DNA of 38,468 bases from Dehalococcoidia bacterium (GCA_004297315.1 SCTU01000244.1:1-38468); one strand, 5' to 3'. Positions 23,812-33,589 are shown, counted from the stretch's first letter. Translations and numbers: made by a program. Notes: a model not told the origin generated them from the sequence alone.

Positions 23812-24639
23812 TCAGACGCCGCGTCCGGGACGCGCGAGCGGAGTGTCATCCCGATTCGCCCACTCGCCCATTGAGCCGTCATAGGTCCTCGCGCGGTCGT
23901 TCCCAAGCAGGGCGAGGACGAACTGGCCGAAGGCGCCGCGGATCCCGGCTTGGCAATAGGTGACCGTGTCGGCCTCGGGGTCGATGCCTGCTGCTAGCAA
24001 CTCCGCACGGATCTCGTCGAGCGGCCGGAAGCGACGAGCTGGCGGCCCCTGCATGAGGCGCCTCCACTCGAGGTGATGTGCGCCCGGCACGTGTCCGGCG
24101 CGCTTGTTCCCTCGGCTGTTGGCGCCCGTCCACTCCTCCTCCGAGCGCGTGTCCCAGAGGGCCGGCGCGTCCCCGGCCACGAGTGCCGCGTTCAATTCTT
24201 CGAGAGAGATCGAGGCCTGCGAGTCGCGGGCGGTGAATGTCCCTGGCTGTGGACGAGGGGGCGCTGACGTCACGGGCCGACCCTCGTGCAACCACGCGTT
24301 GAACCCGCCGTCGACGACGCGCACATCGCGGTGCCCGTAGCGACGGAACACCCACCAGACCCGCGCTGCGTGCAGCGAGGCGTTGTCGTCATAGACGATG
24401 ACCGGCGAGTCGTCCGATATCCCCCACGACCGCGCAAGCGCCTCGAACTCCGCCGGCGGCATGACCAGCAGCGGGTTCTCTCGCCCCTTGAGGTAGGGAT
24501 GGGGGACGCCGACCGCGCCGGGGATATGGGCGCGCTGGTAGGCCAATGGCTCCCCGGCGTCGACAAGCGCGAAGTCAGGTTGTCCGATCCGGGAAGCCAG
24601 CCATTCAGTGCTGACGAGCAGCTCACTCCCCGTGTACAT
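23812..24639 (-). CDS. Tandem-rhodanese sulfurtransferase (thiosulfate/3-mercaptopyruvate sulfurtransferase family)
   Basis: The N-terminus is LVSTEWLASRIGQPDFALVDAG...YQRAHIPGAV. A second rhodanese domain carries the active-site loop TYCQAGIRGA. Confidence 0.85.
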   Translation of the reverse strand: MYTGSELLVSTEWLASRIGQPDFALVDAGEPLAYQRAHIPGAVGVPHPYLKGRENPLLVMPPAEFEALARSWGISDDSPVIVYDDNASLHAARVWWVFRRYGHRDVRVVDGGFNAWLHEGRPVTSAPPRPQPGTFTARDSQASISLEELNAALVAGDAPALWDTRSEEEWTGANSRGNKRAGHVPGAHHLEWRRLMQGPPARRFRPLDEIRAELLAAGIDPEADTVTYCQAGIRGAFGQFVLALLGNDRARTYDGSMGEWANRDDTPLARPGRGV

Positions 24640-24654
24640 GGGACTCTCCTCGGC

Positions 24655-25623
24655 CTATTGGACGGGCAGACCGCGGCTGACGCGCTGGTGCGCCACGGCC
24701 ACGGCGTGGAACGCGCGCTCGATGCTGCCCTCGCGGTCCGCGGGGTCGAGGAGCGGGTGGGCGAGGATCTCGCCGCAGCCGTCGTCGATCATTTGCGCGA
24801 AGCGAGCCGCGACTTGCTCTTCGGTGCCGGAGACGATGAGGTCGTCCAGCATCGCGTCGGAGTAGCCGGAGCCCGCATCCGGGAAACCAGCAGCATGGAA
24901 CATCGCGAGGTAGAAGGGGACGCTGCCGTAGTTCCCCAGTTGCCGTCGGGCCAGAGCGCGGACCGCTTCGCGGTCCTCGGAGACCATCACGGGCACGTGC
25001 GCGATTAGCGGCGGCGCTGGCCGGCCCACGCGATCAGAGCCGCGCTCGATCGCCGGCAGCGCCTCGCGCACGAGGTACGAGGCAGGGCACATCCACGAGA
25101 TCGCGCCGTCCGCCAGTTCGCCGCAGGTCTCGAACGACCGAGGGCGGAGTGCAGAGGCGAGCAACTCGACGGCGCGAGGGTTGCGGAATGTGGCGCGTGC
25201 GGTCACGTGCTTGCCCTCGAAGTCCACGCTGCCGGCCGTCGTCAGCGTGCGGATCACCGTGAGGTACTCGCGCAGTTGCGTGAGCGGCGCCTCCCAGTGC
25301 ACGCCAAAGTTGCGCACCATCGTCGGCTCGTGCGACGGCCCGATCCCCAGGCGCAGCCGGCCCGGCGCAAGTTGCTCGAGTGCCTGCGCCTGCTGCGCGA
25401 TGACGACCGGATGCCGCGGCCACGTCGGCACGATCGCCGTGCCCAGGCGGATTCGCTCAGTCGCGGTCAGGGCGGCGGCAAAGACGGTGAGCGGGTCGGC
25501 GCCACTCGCCCCGCCGATCGTGGTCCAGGCCACCGGTACGCCGGACATCTCGGCCTGCCGCACCTGCGTGACGAAATCGTGGGCGTCGAACGCCTGGATC
25601 GCGACCCCGACGGTTGCCGACAT
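24655..25623 (-). CDS. Luciferase-like (LLM class) flavin/F420-dependent oxidoreductase
   Basis: The sequence MSATVGVAIQAFDAHDFVTQVRQAEMSGVPVAWTT...IRLGTAIVPTWPRHPVVIAQQAQALEQLAPGRLRLGIGPSH supports the call. The ATG at 25621-25623 was chosen; the track's upstream extension is Arg-rich junk. Confidence 0.8.
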   Translation of the reverse strand: MSATVGVAIQAFDAHDFVTQVRQAEMSGVPVAWTTIGGASGADPLTVFAAALTATERIRLGTAIVPTWPRHPVVIAQQAQALEQLAPGRLRLGIGPSHEPTMVRNFGVHWEAPLTQLREYLTVIRTLTTAGSVDFEGKHVTARATFRNPRAVELLASALRPRSFETCGELADGAISWMCPASYLVREALPAIERGSDRVGRPAPPLIAHVPVMVSEDREAVRALARRQLGNYGSVPFYLAMFHAAGFPDAGSGYSDAMLDDLIVSGTEEQVAARFAQMIDDGCGEILAHPLLDPADREGSIERAFHAVAVAHQRVSRGLPVQ

Positions 25624-25859
25624 CGCACGCTCCTTGTCCTGCGCCTCTTGACGCCGCGTCCCGGTGCGCGGCGGCGCGCTGATGGTACCCGCGACCGCCG
25701 CACTTCGGCTGCCTAATCTGCCCGAACGGATGTGCGCCCGGAAGCCCCGCATTGCCCCGCGGGTAACACGTCTGTATTGTCAGGCGCGACAGGGCGAGCC
25801 CGGTACCCGTTGACGCGACCGGCGCAGGCGATCCCACATTCACCGTACGGAGAACAACC

Positions 25860-27065
25860 ATGGACTGGAACGACAACCCGGTGCAGGCTGCCTTCCGCAA
25901 GGAAGCAAGCGACTTTATCGAACGAGAGCTGCCTGCCCGGTACCGCTCGGACCAGCTTGGCCCCGAAGCGTGGGGCGAGGACCGTCACTCTGACGACCCG
26001 CAGCGCCAGGAATACTCCAGGCAGTGGGTGCGCGCCCTGGTGGCGCGCGGCTGGATCGCGCCCGGCTGGCCGAAGGAATACGGCGGCGGCGGCCTGACCT
26101 CGATGGAGCAGTTCATCCTCAACCACGAACTGGCGAAGCACAACGCGCCGATGGTGGGCGGGCAGGAGATCTCTCAGATCGGGCCGGCGATCATCATCCA
26201 CGGCAGCGACGACCTGAAGAAGGAACACCTCTCGCGCATCCTCACCGGCGAAACCAACTGGTGCCAGGGCTTCTCCGAGCCGGGCGCCGGGTCCGACCTC
26301 GCCTCGCTGACGACGCGTGCCGTGCGCGACGGCGACGAGTACGTGGTCAATGGCCAGAAGATCTGGACGTCGAACGCCCACCACGCCGAATGGATCGCGC
26401 TTCTCGTCCGCACAGACCCGGACGCACCGAAGCACCGGGGGATTTCGTTCCTGCTCGTCGACATGAAGACGCCCGGCGTCAGCGTCCGCCCGCTCGTGAA
26501 CATGGCGTGGGACCACCACTTCAACGAGACGTTCTTCGAGGACGTCCGCGTCCCGGTCAAGAACCGCGTGGGCGAAGAGAACCGCGGCTGGTACGTCAGC
26601 GTGACGCTGATGGACTTCGAGCGCTCCCGCATCCGCCAGGCCGTGTCGGCGCGGCGGCACTTCACGGAGATCGCCGACTACCTCAAGACTGAGGACGGTC
26701 AGAAGAAGTCGCGGCACAAGGAACTGACGTCGTTGCGCCTGGAGATGGCCGACCGGTTCATCGAGACCGAGATCGCCTTCAACATGGCGCTGCGAGTCGT
26801 CTCCATGCAGGCCCGCGGCATCGTGCCGAACTACGAGGCCTCGATGCTGCAGCTCTCAATCTTCGAGACAAACCAGCGCACCGCCCGCTCTGAGGCACGG
26901 CTATATGGGATGTACTCGAATATCTGGAGCGGGCCGCTGGCGGCGCGCGACGGCGAGGGGATCCACGGTTACGTAAGTTCCGTGTCGTCGACGATCGCGG
27001 GCGGCAGCGCCGAGATCCAGCGAAACGTGATCGCCACCCGCGGGCTGGGCCTGCCTCGCGGCTAG
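25860..27065 (+). CDS. Acyl-CoA dehydrogenase
   Basis: Supporting motifs are WPKEYGGGGL, QGFSEPGAGSDLASLTTRAVRDGDEYVVNGQKIWTS, FFEDVRVPVKNRVGEENRGW and the C-terminal GGSAEIQRNVIATRGLGLPR. GGAGA lies upstream of the ATG. Confidence 0.9.
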   Translation: MDWNDNPVQAAFRKEASDFIERELPARYRSDQLGPEAWGEDRHSDDPQRQEYSRQWVRALVARGWIAPGWPKEYGGGGLTSMEQFILNHELAKHNAPMVGGQEISQIGPAIIIHGSDDLKKEHLSRILTGETNWCQGFSEPGAGSDLASLTTRAVRDGDEYVVNGQKIWTSNAHHAEWIALLVRTDPDAPKHRGISFLLVDMKTPGVSVRPLVNMAWDHHFNETFFEDVRVPVKNRVGEENRGWYVSVTLMDFERSRIRQAVSARRHFTEIADYLKTEDGQKKSRHKELTSLRLEMADRFIETEIAFNMALRVVSMQARGIVPNYEASMLQLSIFETNQRTARSEARLYGMYSNIWSGPLAARDGEGIHGYVSSVSSTIAGGSAEIQRNVIATRGLGLPRG

Positions 27066-27195
27066 CCCCCGTTTCCCGGCCGGCCGTGGCGGTGGGTGCG
27101 CCGGTGCGCCCCGTTGCCACGTGGTACGCCCGAGGTTGTACGCTGATCCCCGCGGGCGCGTCCGGAGCGCGTGCGCGCGGCGAGGGGGCCATCGG

Positions 27196-27606
27196 ATGCC
27201 GCTGTACGAGTACTACTGCGAACACTGCAACGGCGTCTTTGAGTTGATCCGCCCCGCGCGCGAGGCCGCACGGCCTCAGCCCTGCCCCGAATGTGACAAC
27301 GACGCGAAGCGCATCCTGAGCAAGGAATGGGCGGCCTTCATCTACCGCGACGGCCTGCCGCGCCGGTTGCCCGACCGCGGCAAGTACTGGCACATCTTCG
27401 AGGAGAAAGACGTACCGATGACCTCCTCCAACGTCGAGGTCCCGGAGGCGAACCCTCGCTACGTCAAGAAGGACGAGGCGGAGGCGGAGGCGCCGGAGGC
27501 AGACGAACTGGCGATCCACGCGGAGGTGACGGGCGCGGCGGACGCGCCGCACACCGGGGGTGGGTTCTTCAAGAGCCGCCCGCGAAGGACGCGCCCCGCC
27601 CGATAA
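27196..27606 (+). CDS. FmdB-family zinc-ribbon protein with a long acidic and then basic C-terminal extension
   Basis: MPLYEYYCEHCNGVFELIRPAREAARPQPCPECDN is the CxxC...CPxC FmdB signature. GAGGGGG lies upstream of the ATG at 27196. Confidence 0.75.
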   Translation: MPLYEYYCEHCNGVFELIRPAREAARPQPCPECDNDAKRILSKEWAAFIYRDGLPRRLPDRGKYWHIFEEKDVPMTSSNVEVPEANPRYVKKDEAEAEAPEADELAIHAEVTGAADAPHTGGGFFKSRPRRTRPAR

Positions 27607-27780
27607 CCCCCGGCAGTCACGCCCCTCCTCCAGCGACCGTGCCTCCGCCGGCCGGGGCCGCGCGCGCTGGTATGCCTCACGGGCGGGGTGTATAACGTGC
27701 GCGGTAGGCGGCAGCGGCTCTGCCCGTCTGTACGAACACCCCTGGACCCCTAGCGTGTGGCAGATAAGGACGGAACTTCC

Positions 27781-28626
27781 ATGGCCGATACCGTTTTGGT
27801 GGACAAGCCCTCCAAGGGCGTGCTCCTCCTCACGATGAACACCCCGGAGAACCTGAACGCCCTCAACGACGAGCTCATGACGCCGTTACTCGAGGAGTTG
27901 ACCCGGTTCGAGTCCGACCGCGAGTTGCGCGCCGTCGTGATCACCGGTGCCGGCCGCGCCTTCTCCTCCGGCGCAAACGTCAAGGGCTTCGCCCGCAGCA
28001 TCCAGGAGCGCGAGCAGAAGCCGGAAGAGCACAAGCCGTCCGCGTGGGAACAGATGGACCCGATCTACTGGGCCCGCGAGACGCGCAACTACGGCACTGG
28101 CCCTTCGATCGTGTCGCAACTGCACAACATGCAGAAGCCGTCGTTCGCAGCGGTGAACGGGCACGCGTACGGCCTCGGCTGCGGGATCGCGCTGTCCGCT
28201 GACTTCCGCGTCGCGTGCCCTTCATCGCGCTTCAACGAGGCGTTCATCCGCAACGGCCTCGTGCCGGCGGACGGCTCGGCCTGGCAGTTGCCCAAGCTGG
28301 TCGGCATGTCCAACGCGATGTGGATGCAGATGTCCGGACTGGCGATCGAAGGCGAAGAAGCGTTCCGCATCGGGCTCGCCAACTGGTTCGTCCCGGACGA
28401 GCAGTTGATGGAGTTCACGCTGGAGAAGGCCGCGCTGCTGGCGCGTGGCCCCGTCTACGCGATGGGGATCGTGAAGCAGTTGATCCACCAGGGCTACCAG
28501 CACGACCTGTCGCAGCACCTGCCGCTCGCCTCGCGCGCGCAGGGCCTGACGCGTAACACCTTCGACCACAAGGAAGGCGTCCAGGCCTTCGTCGAGAAGC
28601 GCCAGGCGAACTACCGCGGCGAGTAA
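27781..28626 (+). CDS. Enoyl-CoA hydratase/isomerase (crotonase) family protein
   Basis: Supporting motifs are VVITGAGRAFSSGANVKGF and AAVNGHAYGLGCGIALSADFRVA. The ATG at 27781 is preferred over the GTG at 27757. Confidence 0.85.
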   Translation: MADTVLVDKPSKGVLLLTMNTPENLNALNDELMTPLLEELTRFESDRELRAVVITGAGRAFSSGANVKGFARSIQEREQKPEEHKPSAWEQMDPIYWARETRNYGTGPSIVSQLHNMQKPSFAAVNGHAYGLGCGIALSADFRVACPSSRFNEAFIRNGLVPADGSAWQLPKLVGMSNAMWMQMSGLAIEGEEAFRIGLANWFVPDEQLMEFTLEKAALLARGPVYAMGIVKQLIHQGYQHDLSQHLPLASRAQGLTRNTFDHKEGVQAFVEKRQANYRGE

Positions 28627-28678
28627 GGCAAACCTCGCGCGCCGATACCGCGCAAGGGACGGTCGCCGAGACTAAGTC

Positions 28679-28717
28679 AGCCGGCTGTCGAGGACTCTCG
28701 ACGGCCGGCTTTTTTTG
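28679..28717 (+). terminator. Rho-independent terminator of the enoyl-CoA hydratase gene
   Basis: AGCCGGCTGTCGAG GACT CTCGACGGCCGGCT forms a 14-bp stem with one U-G pair. It is followed by TTTTTTT. Confidence 0.85.
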
Positions 28718-28806
28718 ACGCCCACCGCGTACCGGCATGCGAGCCCGCTGCGCAGCGCCGACGGTCCCCTGAGCCAAAGAGCTGATCCCTATGCAGCAGT
28801 CACGAC

Positions 28807-28836
28807 AAAAGGAGTCCCGCCTCTCGGCGGGACTCC
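28807..28836 (-). terminator. Rho-independent terminator of the ABC permease operon (minus strand)
   Basis: A perfect 11-bp stem GGAGTCCCGCC/GGCGGGACTCC with a 4-nt loop lies at 28811-28836. On the minus strand it is followed by TTTT (28807-28810). It lies 28 nt past the permease stop. Confidence 0.75.
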
Positions 28837-28863
28837 TCAATGACGCTGCGGGCGTCAGGCGCG

Positions 28864-29802
28864 CTAGGCGCCTCGGAGCCGCGGGTCGAAGATGTCGCGG
28901 AGCGCGTCCCCGAACAGGTTGAACCCGAAGACACCGAGGCTGATCGCGATGCCGGGGAAGATCGCAAGGTACGGCGCGCTGCGGACGTATTGCTGCGCCG
29001 CGCCGCTCAGCATTGTGCCCCAGGACGGGTTCGGCGGCGGCGTGCCCAAGCCGAGGAAGCTCAGGGACGCCTCGGCCAGGATGGCCGTACCGAACCCAGC
29101 CGTGCCGAGGACGATCAACGGAGCGAGGATGTTCGGGAAGACGTGCCGCGAAACGATCAGCGGACCCGGTGCGCCGAGCGACCGCGCCGCCTCGATGTAC
29201 GGCAGGCTCTTCACCCCGAGCGTGGACGCGCGCGTGACACGAGCGATACGCGGGATGCCGACGATGCCCACCGCAATCGTCGTCTGCACGATTCCCTTGC
29301 CCAGTACGGAGACGATGGCGAGCGCAAGAATGATCGTCGGGAACGCGAACATCGCATCCACGATGCGCTGGATGGCGAAGTCGATCCACTTCCCGCCATA
29401 GGCGCTGATCATCCCAGCCGGGGCGCCGACGCCGACGCTGATGCCGACGGAGATGAACCCCACCCAGAGCGAGATCCGCGCGCCGTAGACGATCCGGCTG
29501 AAGAGGTCGCGGCCGAGGTCATCCGTCCCGAGCAGGTGGCCCTTTCCGGGCCGCTGTAGCACCTCGTCCGAGGACATCCGGAACGGGTCGTGGGTGGCGA
29601 TCAACGGAGACGCCTTGCCCTGACTTGAACCAACCGGCAGCGTGTCCAGGCCCGCGCCGAGCGCGATCAGGCTGAACACCGTGAGCATGATCGCCGCGCC
29701 GGCACCCAGCGGGTTCCGCCGGGCGAGCCGCACGGTCTTCTGCCACCGTGTCCGCTCTGGACGCCCTCCCAGGCTCACATGCTCTGCAGCAATTGTCGCC
29801 AT
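28864..29802 (-). CDS. ABC transporter permease (DppC/OppC type)
   Basis: The product is a polytopic membrane protein. LGTDDLGRDLFSRIVYGARISL and the EAA-like loop IEAARSLGAPGPLIVSRHVFPN support the call. The ATG at 29800-29802 has GGAGGAG upstream; the track start at 29892 is less likely. Confidence 0.85.
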   Translation of the reverse strand: MATIAAEHVSLGGRPERTRWQKTVRLARRNPLGAGAAIMLTVFSLIALGAGLDTLPVGSSQGKASPLIATHDPFRMSSDEVLQRPGKGHLLGTDDLGRDLFSRIVYGARISLWVGFISVGISVGVGAPAGMISAYGGKWIDFAIQRIVDAMFAFPTIILALAIVSVLGKGIVQTTIAVGIVGIPRIARVTRASTLGVKSLPYIEAARSLGAPGPLIVSRHVFPNILAPLIVLGTAGFGTAILAEASLSFLGLGTPPPNPSWGTMLSGAAQQYVRSAPYLAIFPGIAISLGVFGFNLFGDALRDIFDPRLRGA

Positions 29803-29857
29803 CTGTTTCTCCTCCGCCTCGGGAATGTCCGAATGAAACCCTCGCCTGGGACGCGTG

Positions 29858-30814
29858 TTACTCGAGCCGGATCCGCGGGTCCAGGACGCCATACGCCAGG
29901 TCGATCACCAGGTTGGTCACCGCGAACATCACCGCGAAGATGAAGGTGAGCGTCTGGACCACCGGGTAGTCGCGATGGTTGATCGCGTCCACCATGAACC
30001 GCCCCACGCCGGGCAGGTTCCACAACGTCTCGATGATCACCGTGCCGCCGATGATGTTGGCCAGGCCGATGCCAATCACGGTGATGACAGGAAGCATCGA
30101 GTTCCGCAGCGCGTGCTTGATCACGACGTTGCGGTCGCGCACGCCCTTCGCCCGGGCGGTGCGGATGTAGTCCTCACGCATCACTTCAAGCAGGCTGGAG
30201 CGCATCATGCGGGCGACCAGCGCGGACTGGATGTACCCCAGCGAAAGCGCGGCCCAGATTAACTGCTGGAAGTTCACCACCGGGTCCTTCGTCAGCGGGA
30301 CGTAGCCGAGGGGCGGAGTCCAGCCGAACCAGGTGACGAGCGCGAGGATGATGAGCACGCTCACCCAGAAGCTCGGGATCGAGAGGCCCCCGAGGACGAA
30401 CACGCGAGACGCGTAGTCCATCCATGTGCCACGCTTGACCGCTGCGATGATCCCCATCGGGATCGAGATCATGAGGGACGTGACCGTCGTCATGATCCCC
30501 AGTTCGACCGTCAGCGGAAGCCGCCGGGCCAGTTCCCCGAAGACGGGCTGGCCGCTCCAGAGGGACGGGCCAACATCCAGCTTCAGCATGCCCAGCATCC
30601 AGTCCGCCCACTGCACGACAAGGGGCTGGTTCAGCCCAAGCTTCTCCTGCAAATCGGCGACTTCCTGAGCCGTCGGCTGGCCCTGTCCGTCCGGCCCGAT
30701 GAGGATCAGCGTGGCGACGTCACCCGGAAGGACGCGCATCAGCCAGAAGATGATCCACGACACGAGCAGCAGCGTCGGGACAACTGAAGCCAACCGCCTG
30801 GCCACGTATTTCAC
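29858..30814 (-). CDS. ABC transporter permease (DppB/OppB type)
   Basis: The N-terminus is MKYVARRLASVVPTLLLVSWIIFWLMRVLPGD. The EAA loop is DYIRTARAKGVRDRNVVIKHALRNS. Confidence 0.9.
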   Translation of the reverse strand: MKYVARRLASVVPTLLLVSWIIFWLMRVLPGDVATLILIGPDGQGQPTAQEVADLQEKLGLNQPLVVQWADWMLGMLKLDVGPSLWSGQPVFGELARRLPLTVELGIMTTVTSLMISIPMGIIAAVKRGTWMDYASRVFVLGGLSIPSFWVSVLIILALVTWFGWTPPLGYVPLTKDPVVNFQQLIWAALSLGYIQSALVARMMRSSLLEVMREDYIRTARAKGVRDRNVVIKHALRNSMLPVITVIGIGLANIIGGTVIIETLWNLPGVGRFMVDAINHRDYPVVQTLTFIFAVMFAVTNLVIDLAYGVLDPRIRLE

Positions 30815-30963
30815 AAGACTTACCCCTCCGGAACTGCGCGCCCACCCTCAGCGCGGCTGTATACTACTACGCACGCAATATGACGCGCGGATTGGTGGCC
30901 CGATTAGTCGGGCGTCCATGGATTTATTTTCCCGTACCGCCGGTACGCAGGACGGGTGCAGAA

Positions 30964-32181
30964 ATGACCTCGGTCCGGACGCCGTCACCAGGCTCCGCAA
31001 GTACGACCGTGGCGCCACTTGCCGGGATACGCGTCCTCGACCTGACGCGAGGCATTGCCGGTCCCTTCGCGGCCAAGATTATGGCCGTGATGGGCGCCGA
31101 CGTCATCAAGGTCGAGCCGCCGGGCGGCGACGTTGCGCGGAGGCAGCCGCCGTTTCTCGGCGACGACCCTCACGTCGAGAAGAGCGGCCTGTACCTCTAC
31201 CTCAACACGAACAAGCGCGGCGTCACGCTCGATCTGGAGCAGCCGTCGGCGCGCGCGATCTTACGTCGCCTATATGCGTGGGCCGACCTCGTCTTCGAGG
31301 ATGCAGCGCCGGGCTGGCTGGCGGACCGCGATCTCGGTTATGCCGCGCTTGAGCGCGTCAACCCGCGCGCGGTCTTGGTCTCAGTTACCCCGTTCGGCCA
31401 GTACGGGCCGTACCGGGACTACGAGGCCACTGACCTCGTGGCGCTGGCGCTGGGCGGATTACTGTATATCAGCGGAGAACCGGCCCGTGAGCCGTTGAAA
31501 CTCGGCGGGCACCCGTCCGAGTACTTCGCGGGACTTGCCGCCTTCTCGGGGGGGATGATCGCCCTCCATCACCGTGACGCCGCCGGCGAGGGACAGCACG
31601 TCGATGTCGCGCAGGTGGAGGGGATCGCCACGGCGCAGGGGTACTCCAGCCTCGGGCACGGCTACATCCACGAGGACCGCAGGCGGATGAACGCCTTCGC
31701 CCCGATGTTCCGGGCGAAGGATGGTTTCGTGGGCGCGATGTTCCGCCAGGACAACTGGGCGGACTTCTGCCAGATGATGGGCCGCCCCGACCTCGTCGCC
31801 GACCCACGCTTCGTCGACCAGAACGCGCGCCGCGATCACACAGAGGAACTCAATGCGATCGTGGGCGAGTGGATGGCCGAACAGCCGAAGGAAGACGTCT
31901 ACCACGCGGGGCAGTTGAAGCGCATGCCGATGGGGTATATCTGTGACCCGGCGGACCTGCTCGCCTCCGAGCAATACCGGGTGCACGAGTACTTCACGAC
32001 ACTCGACCACCCGGTGACCGGCCCACTGCAATACCCCGGGATGCCGATGCGTTGGGGCGACGACCACTGGGACCTGCGCCGCGCGCCGCTCCTCGGCGAA
32101 CACAACCGCGAGGTCTTCTGCGGAATGCTCGGCTACACCTCCGAGGAACTCGTGCTGCTGCGAAGCACCGGGACGATCTGA
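30964..32181 (+). CDS. Family III CoA-transferase (CaiB/BaiF family; a racemase function is also possible)
   Basis: PLAGIRVLDLTRGIAGPFAAKIMAVMGADVIKVEPPGGD supports the call. The ATG at 30964 was chosen. Confidence 0.85.
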   Translation: MTSVRTPSPGSASTTVAPLAGIRVLDLTRGIAGPFAAKIMAVMGADVIKVEPPGGDVARRQPPFLGDDPHVEKSGLYLYLNTNKRGVTLDLEQPSARAILRRLYAWADLVFEDAAPGWLADRDLGYAALERVNPRAVLVSVTPFGQYGPYRDYEATDLVALALGGLLYISGEPAREPLKLGGHPSEYFAGLAAFSGGMIALHHRDAAGEGQHVDVAQVEGIATAQGYSSLGHGYIHEDRRRMNAFAPMFRAKDGFVGAMFRQDNWADFCQMMGRPDLVADPRFVDQNARRDHTEELNAIVGEWMAEQPKEDVYHAGQLKRMPMGYICDPADLLASEQYRVHEYFTTLDHPVTGPLQYPGMPMRWGDDHWDLRRAPLLGEHNREVFCGMLGYTSEELVLLRSTGTI

Positions 32182-32227
32182 TGCAATCACCTGCCTGCCG
32201 GGCGCGGTGCCACGAGGAGCGAGAGCG

Positions 32228-33508
32228 ATGACCCGCATGGCACTCGAAGGCCTCCGCATCCTGGACGTCACGCACGTGTGGGCGGGCCCGATGTGCACTC
32301 GCCTCCTCGGGGACATGGGCGCAGACGTCATCAAGGTGGAGTCCGCGCGCCGTACGGACACCGGGCGCGGCGAGGCGAACCCCCGAGGTGGCCCCGGTTC
32401 GACATACCCGGACGGGATCCCGGGCGAGCGGCCGTGGAACCGCGCGGCGCACGTGAACGAGCGCAACCGCAGCAAGCGCGACATCTGCCTGGACCTCACT
32501 CACCCGCGCGGCATTGAGGCGTTCAAGCGCCTGGTCGCGAACTGCGACGTGGTGGTGGAGAGTTTCCGCAGCGGCGTCATGGCCCGTTTCGGCCTCGGCT
32601 ATCGCGACCTCGTCAAGGTGAAGCCCGACATCATCATGGTGAGCCTCTCGAGCCAGGGGTCGACCGGACCGGAGAGTTCCTACGGCTCCTTCGGTGCGAC
32701 GCTGGAACAGACGGCCGGGCTCGCTTCCGTGACGGGCTACCTCGGCGGCGACCCCACGACTTCCGGCACGTTCTTTCCGGACCCGGTGGTCGCCGTGATG
32801 TCGGTGGGGCTGATCCTCGCCGCCGTCCGCCAGCGCCAGACGACCGGCCGCGGCACATACGTCGACCTCTCGCAGCGCGAGGCCACCACCTCGATCATCG
32901 GCGAGGCGATCATGGACTACACGATGAATGGCCGCGCGATGGGCCCGATCGGCAACCGCGACCGCGTCTTCGCGCCTCAGGGGATCTACCCCTGCACTGG
33001 GGACGACATGTGGATCGTGATCTCGGTGCGCTCGGACGCTGAATGGGCTGCGCTCGCCAACGTCATCGGCCAGCCCGGCCTCGCCGAAGACGCTCGGTTT
33101 GCCGACGTGGTCGCGCGGCGCGCACACCACGACGACGCGGACGCGATCATCGGGGCCTGGACGGCCACGCGCGATGCGTTCGCGGTAATGGCAGCGTTGC
33201 AAGCGGTGCACGTGCCGGCCGGCGTCGCCGAGCAGGGCGCGCACCTGCTCGAAGACCCGCATCTGAACGCGCGCGGGTTCTGGGAGACCGTCACCCATCC
33301 CGAGGCGGGCACGGCGCCGTTCCTCAGCCGTCCTTTCCAGTTCTCGAAGACCCCAGGCGCCACGCGCCGCCATGCGCCGCTCCTCGGCGAACACACCGAG
33401 GAGGTCCTGCGCGAGGTCGGCGGCATGAGCGACGCCGAGATCGCCGAGCTCGCGGCACTGGGCATAACCGAGAACAACCCGCGCGCCGTGGTTGCATCGC
33501 CAGACTAG
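32228..33508 (+). CDS. Family III CoA-transferase (CaiB/BaiF family)
   Basis: LEGLRILDVTHVWAGPMCTRLLGDMGADVIKVES supports the call. GAGGAG lies upstream of the ATG at 32228. Confidence 0.85.
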   Translation: MTRMALEGLRILDVTHVWAGPMCTRLLGDMGADVIKVESARRTDTGRGEANPRGGPGSTYPDGIPGERPWNRAAHVNERNRSKRDICLDLTHPRGIEAFKRLVANCDVVVESFRSGVMARFGLGYRDLVKVKPDIIMVSLSSQGSTGPESSYGSFGATLEQTAGLASVTGYLGGDPTTSGTFFPDPVVAVMSVGLILAAVRQRQTTGRGTYVDLSQREATTSIIGEAIMDYTMNGRAMGPIGNRDRVFAPQGIYPCTGDDMWIVISVRSDAEWAALANVIGQPGLAEDARFADVVARRAHHDDADAIIGAWTATRDAFAVMAALQAVHVPAGVAEQGAHLLEDPHLNARGFWETVTHPEAGTAPFLSRPFQFSKTPGATRRHAPLLGEHTEEVLREVGGMSDAEIAELAALGITENNPRAVVASPD

Positions 33509-33537
33509 ACCCAACGCTTTCGGGGCCGAGCACCGAG

Positions 33538-33563
33538 AAGGGGAGCGCGTTGGCGCTCCCCTT
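33538..33563. terminator. Perfect 11-bp stem with a 4-nt loop between convergent genes
   Basis: AAGGGGAGCGC GTTG GCGCTCCCCTT lies 30 nt after the CoA-transferase stop and 27 nt after the ACAD stop on the opposite strand. Confidence 0.6.
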
Positions 33564-33589
33564 CCTCTTCATGAGCTGTTTGCGACAGG

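Noticed and set aside
25713-26717. This covers the 334-aa minus-strand ORF antisense to the ACAD gene. It also covers the similar antisense ORFs 31994..33514, 31459..32499 and 33710..34909.
   Set aside because: All of them overlap strongly supported ACAD or CoA-transferase genes and translate to Arg/Pro/Gly-rich sequence without motifs.
25860-27065. The ACAD paralogs lack the MCAD-type catalytic Glu. Their C-terminal motif reads IAGGSAEIQR rather than IYEGTSEIQR.
   Set aside because: They carry a Glu in the helix-G motif (MDFERS, LDYERS, LELEHG), the position used by isovaleryl-CoA and long-chain ACADs. Those enzymes also have Gly at the MCAD Glu position. This is a normal subtype, not a dead enzyme.
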